Part shown: one piece after another, positions 35,201 through 47,036 of the stretch
Numbering within the stretch: the first letter of the stretch is position 1
Layout: each line of letters opens with the position of its first letter
Assembly: GCA_950097015.1 (NCBI GenBank)
Contig: CATNEN010000014.1
Location: 806,001 to 870,000, forward strand
Direction of reading: 5' to 3'
DNA length: 64,000 bases
From: Macrostomum hystrix
Taxonomy: Eukaryota > Animalia > Platyhelminthes
Made by a program: the position numbers and the translations under genes
The notes under the pieces: generated by a model
The model's input: only the letters and a program-made list of their open reading frames with translations
What the model was told of the DNA's origin: nothing
The model's database searches: none

Positions 35201-37512
35201 CATCTGTTAGATATGGGAAACACCTGTTAGACATGGGTATCATCTGTTAGACATAGGTTTCACCTGTTAGACCTGTTAAAGACATGTGTATCACCTGTTA
35301 GACATGGGTATCACCTGCTAGACATGGGTGTCACCTGTTAGACATGGGTTTCACCTGTTAGACCTGTTAATGACATGTGTATCACCTGTTAGACATGGGT
35401 ATCACCTGCTAGACATGGGTGTCACCTGTTAGACATGGCTATCACCTGTTAGACATGGGAGTCACCTGTTAGACATGGGTGTCACCTGTTAGACATGGCT
35501 ATCACCTGTTAGACATGGGTGTCACCTGTTAGACATGGCTATCACCTGTTAGACATGGCTATCACCTGTTAGACATGGGAGTCACCTGTTAGACATGGCC
35601 ATCACCTGTTAGGCACTATACTCACATTGTTGACGATTCCAATAATGCTCTGTACCGCATGAATCACAGCCGATAAGCTCCCGGAGTGCATCTTGTACTG
35701 CAATGAGAAGTGAGCAGCTGGACCATTACTCTAGTGAAGTTTTTTTTGGACCTAAATAAGGCCACGTTTTTTCACATCTGAAACGCTAATCATTGCTAAG
35801 GCCCTCTAGTATCCATGGTTACCCCAATGGCAAACAAAATATCTCTTAATTCGCATAACATCTCGCACAGCAGTAGAATCTCGAGCTACGAGCAAGCAAA
35901 TCAGTTTGCAATATTAAAAACTGTCTTGACCACTTTACTTCGATTGCCTCGCCTAATGTCTATGGTACACCCACATGACCTGGCCTAATGTCTATGGTAC
36001 ACCCACATGACCTGGCCTAATGTCTATGGTACACCCACATGACCTGGCCTAATGTCTATGGTACACCCACATGACCTGGCCTAATGTCTATGGTACACCC
36101 ACATGACCTGGCCTAATGTCTATGGTACACCCACATGACCTGGCCTAATGTCAATGCTTCTCCCTCAAGTCTTTCCAAAGCTAGTCGCTACTGTTATTAT
36201 ATGCTATATTAACATCAAATTATAAATGTTACACTCACAAACCAATAATCAGCGATGATGTAGAGCTGCATAATGAATGGGCCGTCACGACTGAGCACCT
36301 TCCTGCTCAGGTCCAGCTTTATGGACCGCATATCGAACTTTTTGAACTTATTGAACCGTGCTAAGCGCCGGTGCCTCTGTATTTGAGTTTTGAACAAGCA
36401 AAGGCGAGTAGAATTAACGGAATTGATTCAGTCAGTCTGTCTGTGTTAGCTTGATCAGTCCATGGACTGGGTGCCGTCACACTCACTCAAATTTCTATCC
36501 GAGCTAATGCTGCTAATGCTGCTAATGCGGTTAGGAGTCCGAAACTCTGCGCCAAAACCTCATGAGCATACGCTTTCAATGTTGGGTCACCAAGAAGCAT
36601 AGAATTTGCAAAGCTAAGCCTCATCTATATAACTCTTGATTTTTAACTGGCTAACATGATCAAGCTGAACAGCAACTTGACACTTGAATGGCACCAGTCA
36701 TAAATACTTTTGCTATTCTGCCCCATTCTATCTGTTGGTCAGCTTTATCAACAATGGGAACAGCCATCCATCTGACATTATCCTTAATCCTTGAGATATA
36801 GAATAGTGACTCATAGAATAATTAGTCACTTTCAAAATTGGGCTCTTGAACTCTATTAATCCAAATAATGGCTTACCTGTAATAAAACGCTGCCACCAAG
36901 CATTTTGGTCAGTTGCTGTGGACTTACTGGAAGTTATGGTGAAACCCAAATGCTTATTCATTGAGCATCTCAATATATTTCTAAAGTGATGTAAATGAAA
37001 GCAAAAATCATACTCACGTGCAGCAATCCGCTTATTCAGCACATCATAGGCCGATTCCAATGCTTGACGCTGCTTCCAACCGACACTTGAAGGATAAAAG
37101 TTGAGCTGGTACACCTGCCAGCTTGAGTCACGCAGCCGCATGCGATGCCCGGTGGCTTGAATATAGCCCAGGTGAGTGATGTTGATTGACAGCGTGCCAC
37201 TGTCAATGAGGGTTTGATTCAGCTGCCCGGGTAAATGATCTGCATGGCTGTCTGTTCTGGGCTGTCTGTACTGGGCTGTCTGTTCTGGGGTGTCTGTTCT
37301 AGGCGAGCGATGTCGCGATTTGGTGGCCCGGGATCGACTCCCCACGATTCGAACTGGGAACTCTTCAGGTCTGGAAAAGTATTTAACAAAGAGCTGCTAC
37401 AAAGAGGCTTGCAGCAATAGGTCGTATTCGAGCTTCATCAAAAAGTATAAAAGTGCATTTGTGCTTACCTTCTCACCGCCAGGTAGAATGAGAACCGGCG
37501 CAGCGATGGCAT
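32235..37512 (-). CDS. ADAM-family (non-catalytic) gene copy B, multi-exon; 5' exon partly deleted relative to A
   Basis: Paralogous exons at 32235-32732, ~32954-33248, ~33551-33945, 34299-34386, 34883-35017, ~36240-36375, ~36880-37235. Confidence 0.75.
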
Positions 37513-39550
37513 AGCAACAATCTCTAAGACCAAATTTCTGCCGATTTTCTGAAGCGGTAAAATCGAACTCACAATTTTGAAAACATTGAAACAATTTCAA
37601 GCCTCCGGTGTGTACCAGCTGGCACAGCCTTCTGTCGACAGGGGCAGCCTTCCACTGACAGGGCTAACTTCCACTGACAGGGCCAACTTCCACTGACAGG
37701 GGCAACCTTCAACTGACAGGGCTACCTCTCACTGACAGGGCTACCTTCCACTGACAGGGTAACCTTCCACTGACAGGGCAACCTCCCACTGACAGGGCTA
37801 CCTCTCACTGACAGGGCTACCTTCCACTGACAGGGCTACCTTCCACTGACAGGGCAACCTCCCACTGACAGGGCTACCTTCGACTGACAGGGCTAACTTC
37901 CACTGACAGGGCTAACTTCCACTGACAGGGCAACCTTCCACTGACAGGGCTACCTCCCACTCACAGGGCAACCTCCCACTGACAGGGCAACCTTCCACTG
38001 ACAGGGCAACCTTCCACTGACAGGGCAACCTTCCAATGAGGCTCAACCACTCAAATCAACAAAGTTTCATATGTAGGCTTCACCTTCTAGCCTTTTGTTG
38101 GTGCAAGATTTTAACGCAATGAGGTTAGTAACAGTACGAGTGGTGGCATTTGATGGCACAGAACATATGCATCTGTTCCAATTTGCTCATCGTTAACGAT
38201 TGTGCACACTCGCTTTAATTTTAGTCCAACAATACCAAATCTCTAAAATATTTTCTTACTAAAAAGGTTTAGTTCAATCATTTCAAATTTTTCTTACCCG
38301 GCTTGGCTGAACTTCCTGACCATCGTTGGCCTGAAATGTTCTCACCTTGGCCAGCAAGGTTAATGGCCTGGTTGAGTCCGCTGAAATTGCAGTTGAGAAG
38401 GCTAGAAATTCAGTGGCAATCATTGCTTTTGTAGCTTTCCAGCTTGTATTTTGTAAAATATGCTCGCTAATTACTTTTGAATTGTGTTCTCATTTCAAAT
38501 AATGCATTTAAAACTGAGCACACTCAAAATAGTTAAAAGGATTGTGAGTACTCACCAATTGCGCAGTTGGAACACAGCAGGATGATAAATTTAGCAATTA
38601 ATGTGATACAAAGAAGGCTATGGAGTTCACTGGCATGACTTATTGGCATGTTTACACAAAAAGTTGTAGCGATTCAACCAGTGGAATAGTCAATCGTCAA
38701 TATATATAAAATTCATGCAATTTGAAACCCGATGTATATAGTTTCAGGATTGGAAAGGCTCATAGACTAAAACAGCGGGCACGGAAAGTCGATTTGTGCC
38801 CGCTGCCGGGGGATTTCGTCTATGTCCAAAGCTCCGGAAAGCTGTTCATATTGCTGCATTGAAGAGAGACGTGGATGCACCGGACTAGAGCTGAGAGACC
38901 TGCAGTGTGATCTTATTCTGACTGAAACATGCTCGATTTCAATAAGATAGCAACAGGCGATATTAGTGGCTAGTACACCTTTTTACATTCAATTTCAACA
39001 AAACGCGTATTCTATTTAGACAAGCTGCGTTCAAATTCGTCAGTCTATATTTGGCTTACCGTTCCCGCATTCGCTTTAGTCAAACTCACATTCAATCTAG
39101 CCAGTGAAGCTTCTTTTTGGACAACTCTTTACAACTCTTTTCACTAGATTTGGTTTCTCTACCAGCATCTGTCCTCCAGCAACAGAGTTTGAGATTTTGT
39201 ACAAAATACTCTTTCGCTTTCCCTTCAATGCCCAATCAAGACTGAGAAGTATCTTCATGAGAAGCAAACAAACGAGAAATCAGTACAGAACTCTATCATA
39301 GGGTACATCTCAAAGGCGATGGAAGACAAGTTCACTTCGGAGGATGAATTTAAAACATTCAAGACCTCTATGAGCAACGAGTTAGGCTTAATCTGGATGC
39401 CATTGGTGACATGAGTCAGCTAAGAAATGATTTGGAGAATTTGTTCAAACAGCATGTAGCGAAATTGGGAAAATGAAAGAATAACTCAAAATTTGTTCTT
39501 ATTTCATTTTAGATATTTCGGGTATGGGTCATTGCATACAAAACGGACAT

Positions 39551-39830
39551 TCACAGCTCACCACAAATATCACCGTTAATACCCTGAAGCATGAAGTCTA
39601 AGCGGTAAATTTTCGCTCCTTTCAAATATTTTCTTAGCTCACCAGGCACGGCCGTATCATAGCTGTCGAAAGAGTTGTACTTGTGTTTACGGCTTGGATC
39701 AATAACCCAACAAACCCAATGAGAACCTGCTTTTTCTGCAGGGTCAAAGTTCATGATTCCAAATTATTTTTCTAGCGGGGATTCTGGCAGTGAATCTCTC
39801 ATAAAGACTCCTCGAAAGTTTGGGATTTGC
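39551..39830 (-). pseudogene. Polinton adenain-like cysteine protease fragment
   Basis: NFDPAEKAGSHWVCW...SFDSY matches the N-x-D...GxHW...FDSxG pattern. Confidence 0.75.
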
Positions 39831-41712
39831 AATTGTTGAGCTAGCTTTTCTAACGAAAATATTTGTTCTCAGTTGTAGTGCTCAGCATAATAATTTATAG
39901 TGTCCGAATGGTTGGCTGTTAATGTCGTCATCAAAGATACATCGCTTGTTATCGGCACCTTATAGAGCAATCTTCTTCTGTTGAAATGTGTGAATGTTGT
40001 GGTCCTTAGACTGTAGTTTCACAAATTCATGGGTGGTGCGTTTATTATATAGCAATGCGTCCTTGTATGAAGCTTCATTCAAATCATTTCTGACAACATG
40101 CTTCGCAATTCCCTTTCACTTTTTACTGGAATGCTGGTCACTTTTTACAAAGTAGGACTTGGATCTCAAACCGATAAACTCTGTAATGAGGCTGCCAGCC
40201 GCTTCATCCTGCATTTTTCCTACACTTTTTGATTTGTTGAGTCGCGTACTTGATCACATTTTTGTGTCTTGAAGGACTCTGGATATTCGGATAGGTCATA
40301 TAAATATTTCTGGCTTAGCATGTCCTGATAGACATCCTCAGTCTGTATGTTTAGAATTGGGGAGTCAGTGTCAGTGTAAGGAAGTCTTTCTCTGTCCCCA
40401 TATTGACGCTTTTTGCGATAGAATAATTTATACATCATGCGCTGATACACAAACAGAGATGACACCTCTCTTTAGATGAATCTATAAAGTTGTACGTGTC
40501 TATGTCTGTAAGCAGCTGGATGTACCAGTACGGATTTCGATCCCGTTTCATTTTAAGCAACGATTCCCAACTAGTAGCAGGCAAAGACACATAATGAGCT
40601 GGGTCAAGACCATAAGCAGAGTAGCAGGTCTTTCTGAATGTTTCAAATACATCAGCTAAAAGAAAGACATCAGTTAAAAGATAAATGATATGATAATCAA
40701 GAAAGTTTTGACAGTTAAAATGTTTGAAAACACTCTGAGCAGGCTCATAATCTTCCTCAGAAATCCCAGAGTTTGTTAGCCTCGAAACAAACTTGTCCTT
40801 GGCTGGTAATTGGGTGGCAAAGACATAATGTCCTGTCTCCCATTCATAGGGGTAGAAACATTTCTTTCTAAGAAACTTAAATGACTCTGGGTTAGGGGTT
40901 AGGGAAGCTGCAAGCAACTTGGTATAAGTGCATTGGTCATCGGTGAGATTTTTAATCAAAGCATCGAGACTTGCGATGAAACATCGAGACATCGAGAAAC
41001 TGGAATGAATCTTTGATCTTAATCTTGCCTGAAACAGATTTTATATCAATGCACTTGAACTTTTCTTTGTTCTCTGTGATGTATTCTATTTTAATGCCTG
41101 GTATCATAACCAGCTTCTCAATCAATAAATGATAATCACACCCCCTTTCCTTTGTGAAAGTAAATATTAAGGTCGTTGATGTTTTCCCTTTTTTCAGATT
41201 ACACACAGTTGTTATGCGCTGCTCCTCTAAGTGCATAACATAGTTGTTTTCCTGTGAAGTGATCGTGGTCTCTGACCGTATTGTTTTTCTCATCGCAGGG
41301 TGTTAATAGCCTTCGGCAGATGTAACAATGAGTTGCAGATCTGAAGTTAATTTCATCTTGATCGGACATACTAATTTAAACAGGCTGAATGGCGGAAATC
41401 TTTTTCTGTAATTCCATCATCATGCAAATGAATTGTTCAACAAACAGGTTGTAGTGTTTGCTTCGAACTCTTTGTGTGCGCTCCGAACCCTTGTCTGCCC
41501 GTACCCAGAGTACAGTACGCTATCTTTCTCTCCCCACCCCCAAACAGGCGGAGGCATGTTGGGAAGTCTCCCCTCCCGGGAGCAAGGTAAATATAGTGGC
41601 CGCATGGCCGCGGTGAATCACGGCAAGCGAAGCTTAGCCACTACGAGGCTTCTCACGGACACACACTGTTCAGCTTTCTTATTTGGAGTCCGACTCCACA
41701 GTGGCGACGAGG

Positions 41713-42396
41713 ATGTCTAGCATCGGCACAGTCGAGCCTTTCGAGGAGGGAAAAGACTGGTGCGCCTACGAGGAGCGCGTCGCCCTGTACATGACCGTCA
41801 ACAGGATCAAGGGGGAGGACCAGAAGAAGGCTGTTTTTCTCACTCTGATCGGCCGCCAATGCTACGCCATTCTCCGGAACCTGTGCTCGCCTGCAAAGCC
41901 TACGGACCTGGACTACGAGGAGCTGGTCAAGCGACTCAAGGAGCACTTCCAGCCTAAGAAGCCGGTCATCGCCGAGCGGTTTCGCTTCTACAAGCGGACC
42001 CAGGGGGACGGAGAGTCCGCAGCTCAGTTCCTGGCCGCCCTCAGGAACCTGGCGGAGACCTGCGACTTCGCCACCTTCCTGGAGGATGCCCTGCGCGACT
42101 GCTTCGTCTGCGGACTCCGGGAGCCGCAAGTGCAGAAGCGGCTGCTGACCGTCAGCACTCTGACGCTCGACAAGGCGAAGGAGATCGCTCAGGCAGCAGA
42201 GGCGGAGGCCAACAGCTGGCGGGCCAGGCCGGAGGTCAACCAGGTAGGAGAGGCCCCGCCACCGCGGCGGCCCTGCATGCGCTGCGGCTCCAGGCAGCAC
42301 CTATCCTCCGAGTGCCCGCATAGGAACACCAAGTGCCACGCCTGCGGCAAGCTGGGACACCTGAAGGCCGTCTGTCTGTCCAGCCAGAAGGCCAGC
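41713..42396 (+). CDS. Outer Gypsy Gag with CCHC zinc knuckles (continues in frame at 47037)
   Basis: YEERVALY...ERFRFYKR...CMRCG...H..C...CHACGKLGHL..VC. Confidence 0.9.
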
Positions 42397-45300
42397 TGTT
42401 GTGAATGCACATTTGCTCATAGTGTACTTATGTAATCAATGTACATGTGAGGTTCAATAATATATATACACGGCTCTCGCTACGCGAGAGAGCACCCTCA
42501 CCCTTGGTTAACTGGACTTGGCCTCGCCTCGCTTATTTGGCTAGCAGCCACAACACTGGCATCGCAAGCAGGGGTTAGAGCAAACCCCCCAAACCAGCGC
42601 AGACCAGCAAATCAACTCACGGCAGCCAGGCCCACTAAGCGACTTTCGCACTCATACGGCACTCACAACTGCAAGTCAGCCAGTTGAGCCAATCGGAAAT
42701 GGGTAGCACTGAGAATGCCACAGCGCCAGCACTACGCCTGAACCTCAGAGAACCTCCACCATTTCTGGACAACCCAGGAACACCTGCAGTTTCGTGGGAA
42801 ATCTGGGCCGCTGAGTTTGACACCTACCTGCTAGCATCCGGAATCGATAGCCTGCAAGAAGCCAGGAAGATTGCGCTGCTCACCCACTGCCTTGGGCGCG
42901 AAGGAGTACGAATCTACCGGACTCTCTCGGCTGACCAGGAAACAGCTCCGACAACACTAGCAGCGGCATGCGATCTCCTGAAGCAGCACTTCCAGCCAGC
43001 AGTGAGCGTGTATGCCAAGAGGCACGAATTCCGGAAGTGCGTCCAGCGAAGCGCCGAAGGTGTGCAAGCCTTTGTGGCAAATCTGCGCCATGCCGCCAAG
43101 GACTGCCAGTTTGGAGTCCTCCATGACGACCTCATCCTGGACCAGCTGATCTTTGGCACCTCGTCCTCAAAGGTGCGCGAAAGACTCCTACTTGAGAAGG
43201 AGCTCACGCTGGGCGGGGCAATCCAAATTGCAGCCCAGGTGGAAATGGCGGTCCACAGTGAGAAGTCGCTGACTGGCAAGACAGCAGCCGACGACAGCAT
43301 CAAGAAGATCAACTTTAAGAGAGCTTCCTACGACGCCAAGCAGCGCCAGACGGGTCAGCAGAACCAGTTCTGCTGCTCGCACTGCGGCCAGCGAGGCCAC
43401 CGCACAGGCAGTGATCCGCGCTGTGCGGCACGAGGCAAGGCGTGCACGAAGTGCGGGAGGCTCAACCACTTCGCCAAGGTGTGCAAGAGCAGCACGACGG
43501 CACCGACCTCAGGCCAAAAGAAGATTCAAGGCGTCGAGATAGACAGCTCCAGACAGCAGAGTATCTTCGCTGTCGGGTCGAGCCACAAAGGCCAATACAA
43601 GAGGGCCAGCATAAGAATCAATGGTCACAGCATCCCGTTACTGGTGGACACAGCCGCCAAAGTCTCCATCCTCAGCATGGAGACAAGCCGCAAAATCTTC
43701 GGATCTAAAATTCCTCTGCGCCCGTGCGACAAGAAGCTGCTTTCCTACAACGGCTCCAGTATCAGCGTCGCCGGCGAGATCGATGCCAGGGTCGAGTTCG
43801 ACGGCGTTCAGCTTCCGTTGTTCACCTTCACAATTGTGATGGACGGCGACGACCTGATGGGCATCGACCTGATGGACAAACTCGACTGCAAGGTCCTCGA
43901 ACCTTCCGGCCATCAAATCTTCACTATTAGCTCGGGTAACGAGGCTTCAGGTATGCCACCTATGCCAGATTGGATTCCTGCCAAGTACCACACTTTAGGC
44001 ACCGGTCTCGGCGAGATCAAGGGCTTCTGCCACCGCCCCAGGGTAGACCCGACCGTGCCGCCGGTAGCCCAGCGGATGCGCCGGCTGCTGCTCGCTCTGC
44101 GCCAAGAGTGTGCTGCGGAGATCCATCGCTGGAAGGAAGAAGGCATCATCGAGCGCGCCGAAGGCGACGTTCCTGATTGGCAATCGAATGTCACTTGCGC
44201 CAGGAAGTCTGACGGGAAGCTTCGCCTCTGCGTCGATCTGCGCAGTGTCAACAAGGCGATTGTCCCAGACTCGATGTCACTGCCAACATTCGCCGACCTA
44301 GTTACCGAGTTTTCCAACTCCAAGTGGTTCTCGCGGATTGATCTCAACCAGTCGTACCTGCAACTGCCGCTGCACGAAGACGCCAAGAACCTGACCTGCT
44401 TCCACACAGAATCCGGCCTGTACCGATTCAAGCGAATGCCATTCGGAATCAGCTCAGCTCCGGCGGCCTTCCAGAAGGTCGTCGGCAAGATCCTGGAAGG
44501 CATCGACGGCGTCATGCACTATCAAGATGACATCGCGGTGCACGCGGCAACGGAAGCCGAGCATGACAAACGCCTTTTCCGAGTCCTGGACAAGCTGCTG
44601 CATCACCGAGTCACCATCAACCTCAAGAAGTGCGTTTTCAAGGTTCCAGAGATCCAGTTCGTCGGACATCGGATCAGCGCCACCGGCATCCAGCCGCTTC
44701 AGTCCCACGCTGAGTCAGTAGAGCAACTCAAGGCACCGACGAACGCGTCCGAGCTTGCTTCCTTCCTCGGTTTCGCAAAGTTTCTCCAGTTCTACATCAA
44801 GAACCTGTCGCATGTCGCCGAGCCGCTGACAGCACTCCTGCGCAAGGATGTGCCCTGGAACTGGGACAAGAAGTGCGAGGCAGCCTTCAGTGAGGTCAAG
44901 CGGCTCATCTCATCCGCGCCGTGCCTAAAATTCTTCGATCAGAGCCACGAAACAGTCGTCTCGTGTGACAGCAGCGACGTCGCCCTGGGCGCTACTCTGG
45001 GCCAAATTGACGAGCGGGGACAACTTCGTCCAGTCGCCTTCGCCTCGCGCGCTCTGTCCGACACCGAGCGCCGTTACTCCGCGACGGAGAAGGAGGCCCT
45101 GGCCTGCGTCTGGAGCTGCGAGCACTGGCACCTTCTGCTGTACGGCCGGAAGTTCAAGCTGCTGACCGACCACCAGGCTCTGACCACCCTGCTATCAGCA
45201 CGCGGAAGCGGCCAGCGGCCTCTTCGGCTTCAACGCTGGTGTGAGCGACTCTTCGTCTACGATTTTGACATCGAGTACGTTCCTGGTAAGCTAAACGTCC

Positions 45301-47031
45301 AACCTGACTTTCTGTCCCGCTACGGCTACGATCGTAAAAAGATCGGCCAAGAATCGATTGATCAACGTCAAACTGAGTCAGACATCAACCTAGTGCTTGC
45401 CAGGAGCTCCGAGCCTATTTCAGTTGCTCAGCTCGCCGAGGCCACAGCTAGCGATGACCAACTGCAGCGAGTCGTTTCGTGCTCAACGGATGGCCTACCG
45501 AGACTCCTAGCGACCTGAAGGGTTTCCATCAGGTGCAGCACGAGCTCTGCCTGTGGAACGACGGGCGCTGTCTGGCGAGAGGCAGCCGTGCGGTCATCCC
45601 AGCCTCACTCCGCGACCTGGTGTTGACGGAGGCGCATCAAGGGCATCTCGGCGTGGCGAAGGTCAAGGCGCGATGCCGCGAAACTGTCTGGTGGCCGCGC
45701 ATTGACAGCGACGTGGAGACATTCGTGAGGAACTGCAGTGCCTGCATTCTGTCGGAGAAGGCGTTCAAGCCGATCAAGGTGCCCTGGTCAACCACGGAAC
45801 TACCAGCCGGCCCGTGGAGACAGCTCCAAGTCGACATCGTCGGAGAGCTCCCGGCAACCGAAGCGCCAAATTCGCACAGATTCCTCATCGTAGTCCACGA
45901 CCTCTACTCCAAGTGGCCCGAGATCATCGCGTCTTCATCCGTAACCTCTACTGCCTGCATCGAGGCCCTTCGCAGCCTGTTCGTCCGCTGGGGCCTGCCA
46001 GACGAGATCACAACTGACAACGGACCACAATTCGTGTCGAGCGAGTTCACGGACTTCCTCAGCTCACTTGGCATCAAGCATCGCCGGACTCCATTCTATT
46101 GTCCGCAGCAGAACGGCGGAGTCGAAAGGTTCAACGGCTTCATCAAGTCTTCTCTACGAGCCCTGTTGGCCGACGGCGTGGCCATGAAGCAAGCTGTGCA
46201 GGAACTCCTGCTAGCGTATCGATCGGCTGAACACGCGCTGACCAAGAAGACCCCGGCCGAGATGATGCTAGGGCGGAAGCTTCGCCTGCATCTTGACCGG
46301 CTTCAACCGGCCGAGCCTGAGTCCGCGCCCAGCCAGGCGCTGCGGCGCACCGTCCAGGAACAACAGCAGCGAGCCGAAAGTCGCCGGAAACCTTCCAAGC
46401 AGAATCAGCAACCGCGGAGCGCCGCATTGACCGTCGGCAGTCGTGTCCGCGTACGCCGACCGAAGAAAAGCAAACTCGGCAGCGGCATCTCCGAGCCGAT
46501 GACGGTCGTCGGTCGCAACGGCAACACACTGACGCTAACCGATGGCAGTCGCTGGCACATCAGCCGCTGCATCCCAGACAACCGCCGCGGCTGGTGCGAC
46601 GATGACGGTGACGGTGAGCTGCCACCCCAGCCAGCGGGTGCGCCGACAAGCCCAGCGCCACCAATGCCACCGCTGCGTCGTTCTGAGAGGCATCGTGCAC
46701 CGCCTCAATGGTTCGGCAGTGTCGTGACCCACGATTGAGTGTGAACCGACATGTGACTCAAGTGACTGTTGTGGAGAGAGCAATCGAGAGCTACCGATAC
46801 GAACTGATTAAATGCATGTCTCAAACTATGCCATCCCGCCCGTTGCCTGTCACCTCTTTGGAGGGGGGATGATGTTGTGAATGCACATTTGCTCATAGTG
46901 TACTTATGTAATCAATGTACATGTGAGGTTCAATAATATATATACACGGCTCTCGCTACGCGAGAGAGCACCCTCACCCTTGGTTAACTGGACTTGGCCT
47001 CGCCTCGCTTATTTGGCTAGCAGCCACAACA
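42397..47031 (+). mobile_element. Inner Ty3/Gypsy LTR retrotransposon, 4635 bp
   Basis: Apparently identical 159-bp LTRs 42397-42555 and 46873-47031; 5-bp TSD CCAGC; PBS tggcatcgc; PPT ggagggggga. Confidence 0.95.
42684..46738 (+). CDS. Inner Gypsy Gag-PR-RT-RH-IN, with one frameshift near 45480
   Basis: LVDTAA protease, YQDD RT, CDSSD RNase H, HHCC, TDNGPQF integrase. Confidence 0.9.
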
Positions 47032-47036
47032 CCAGC

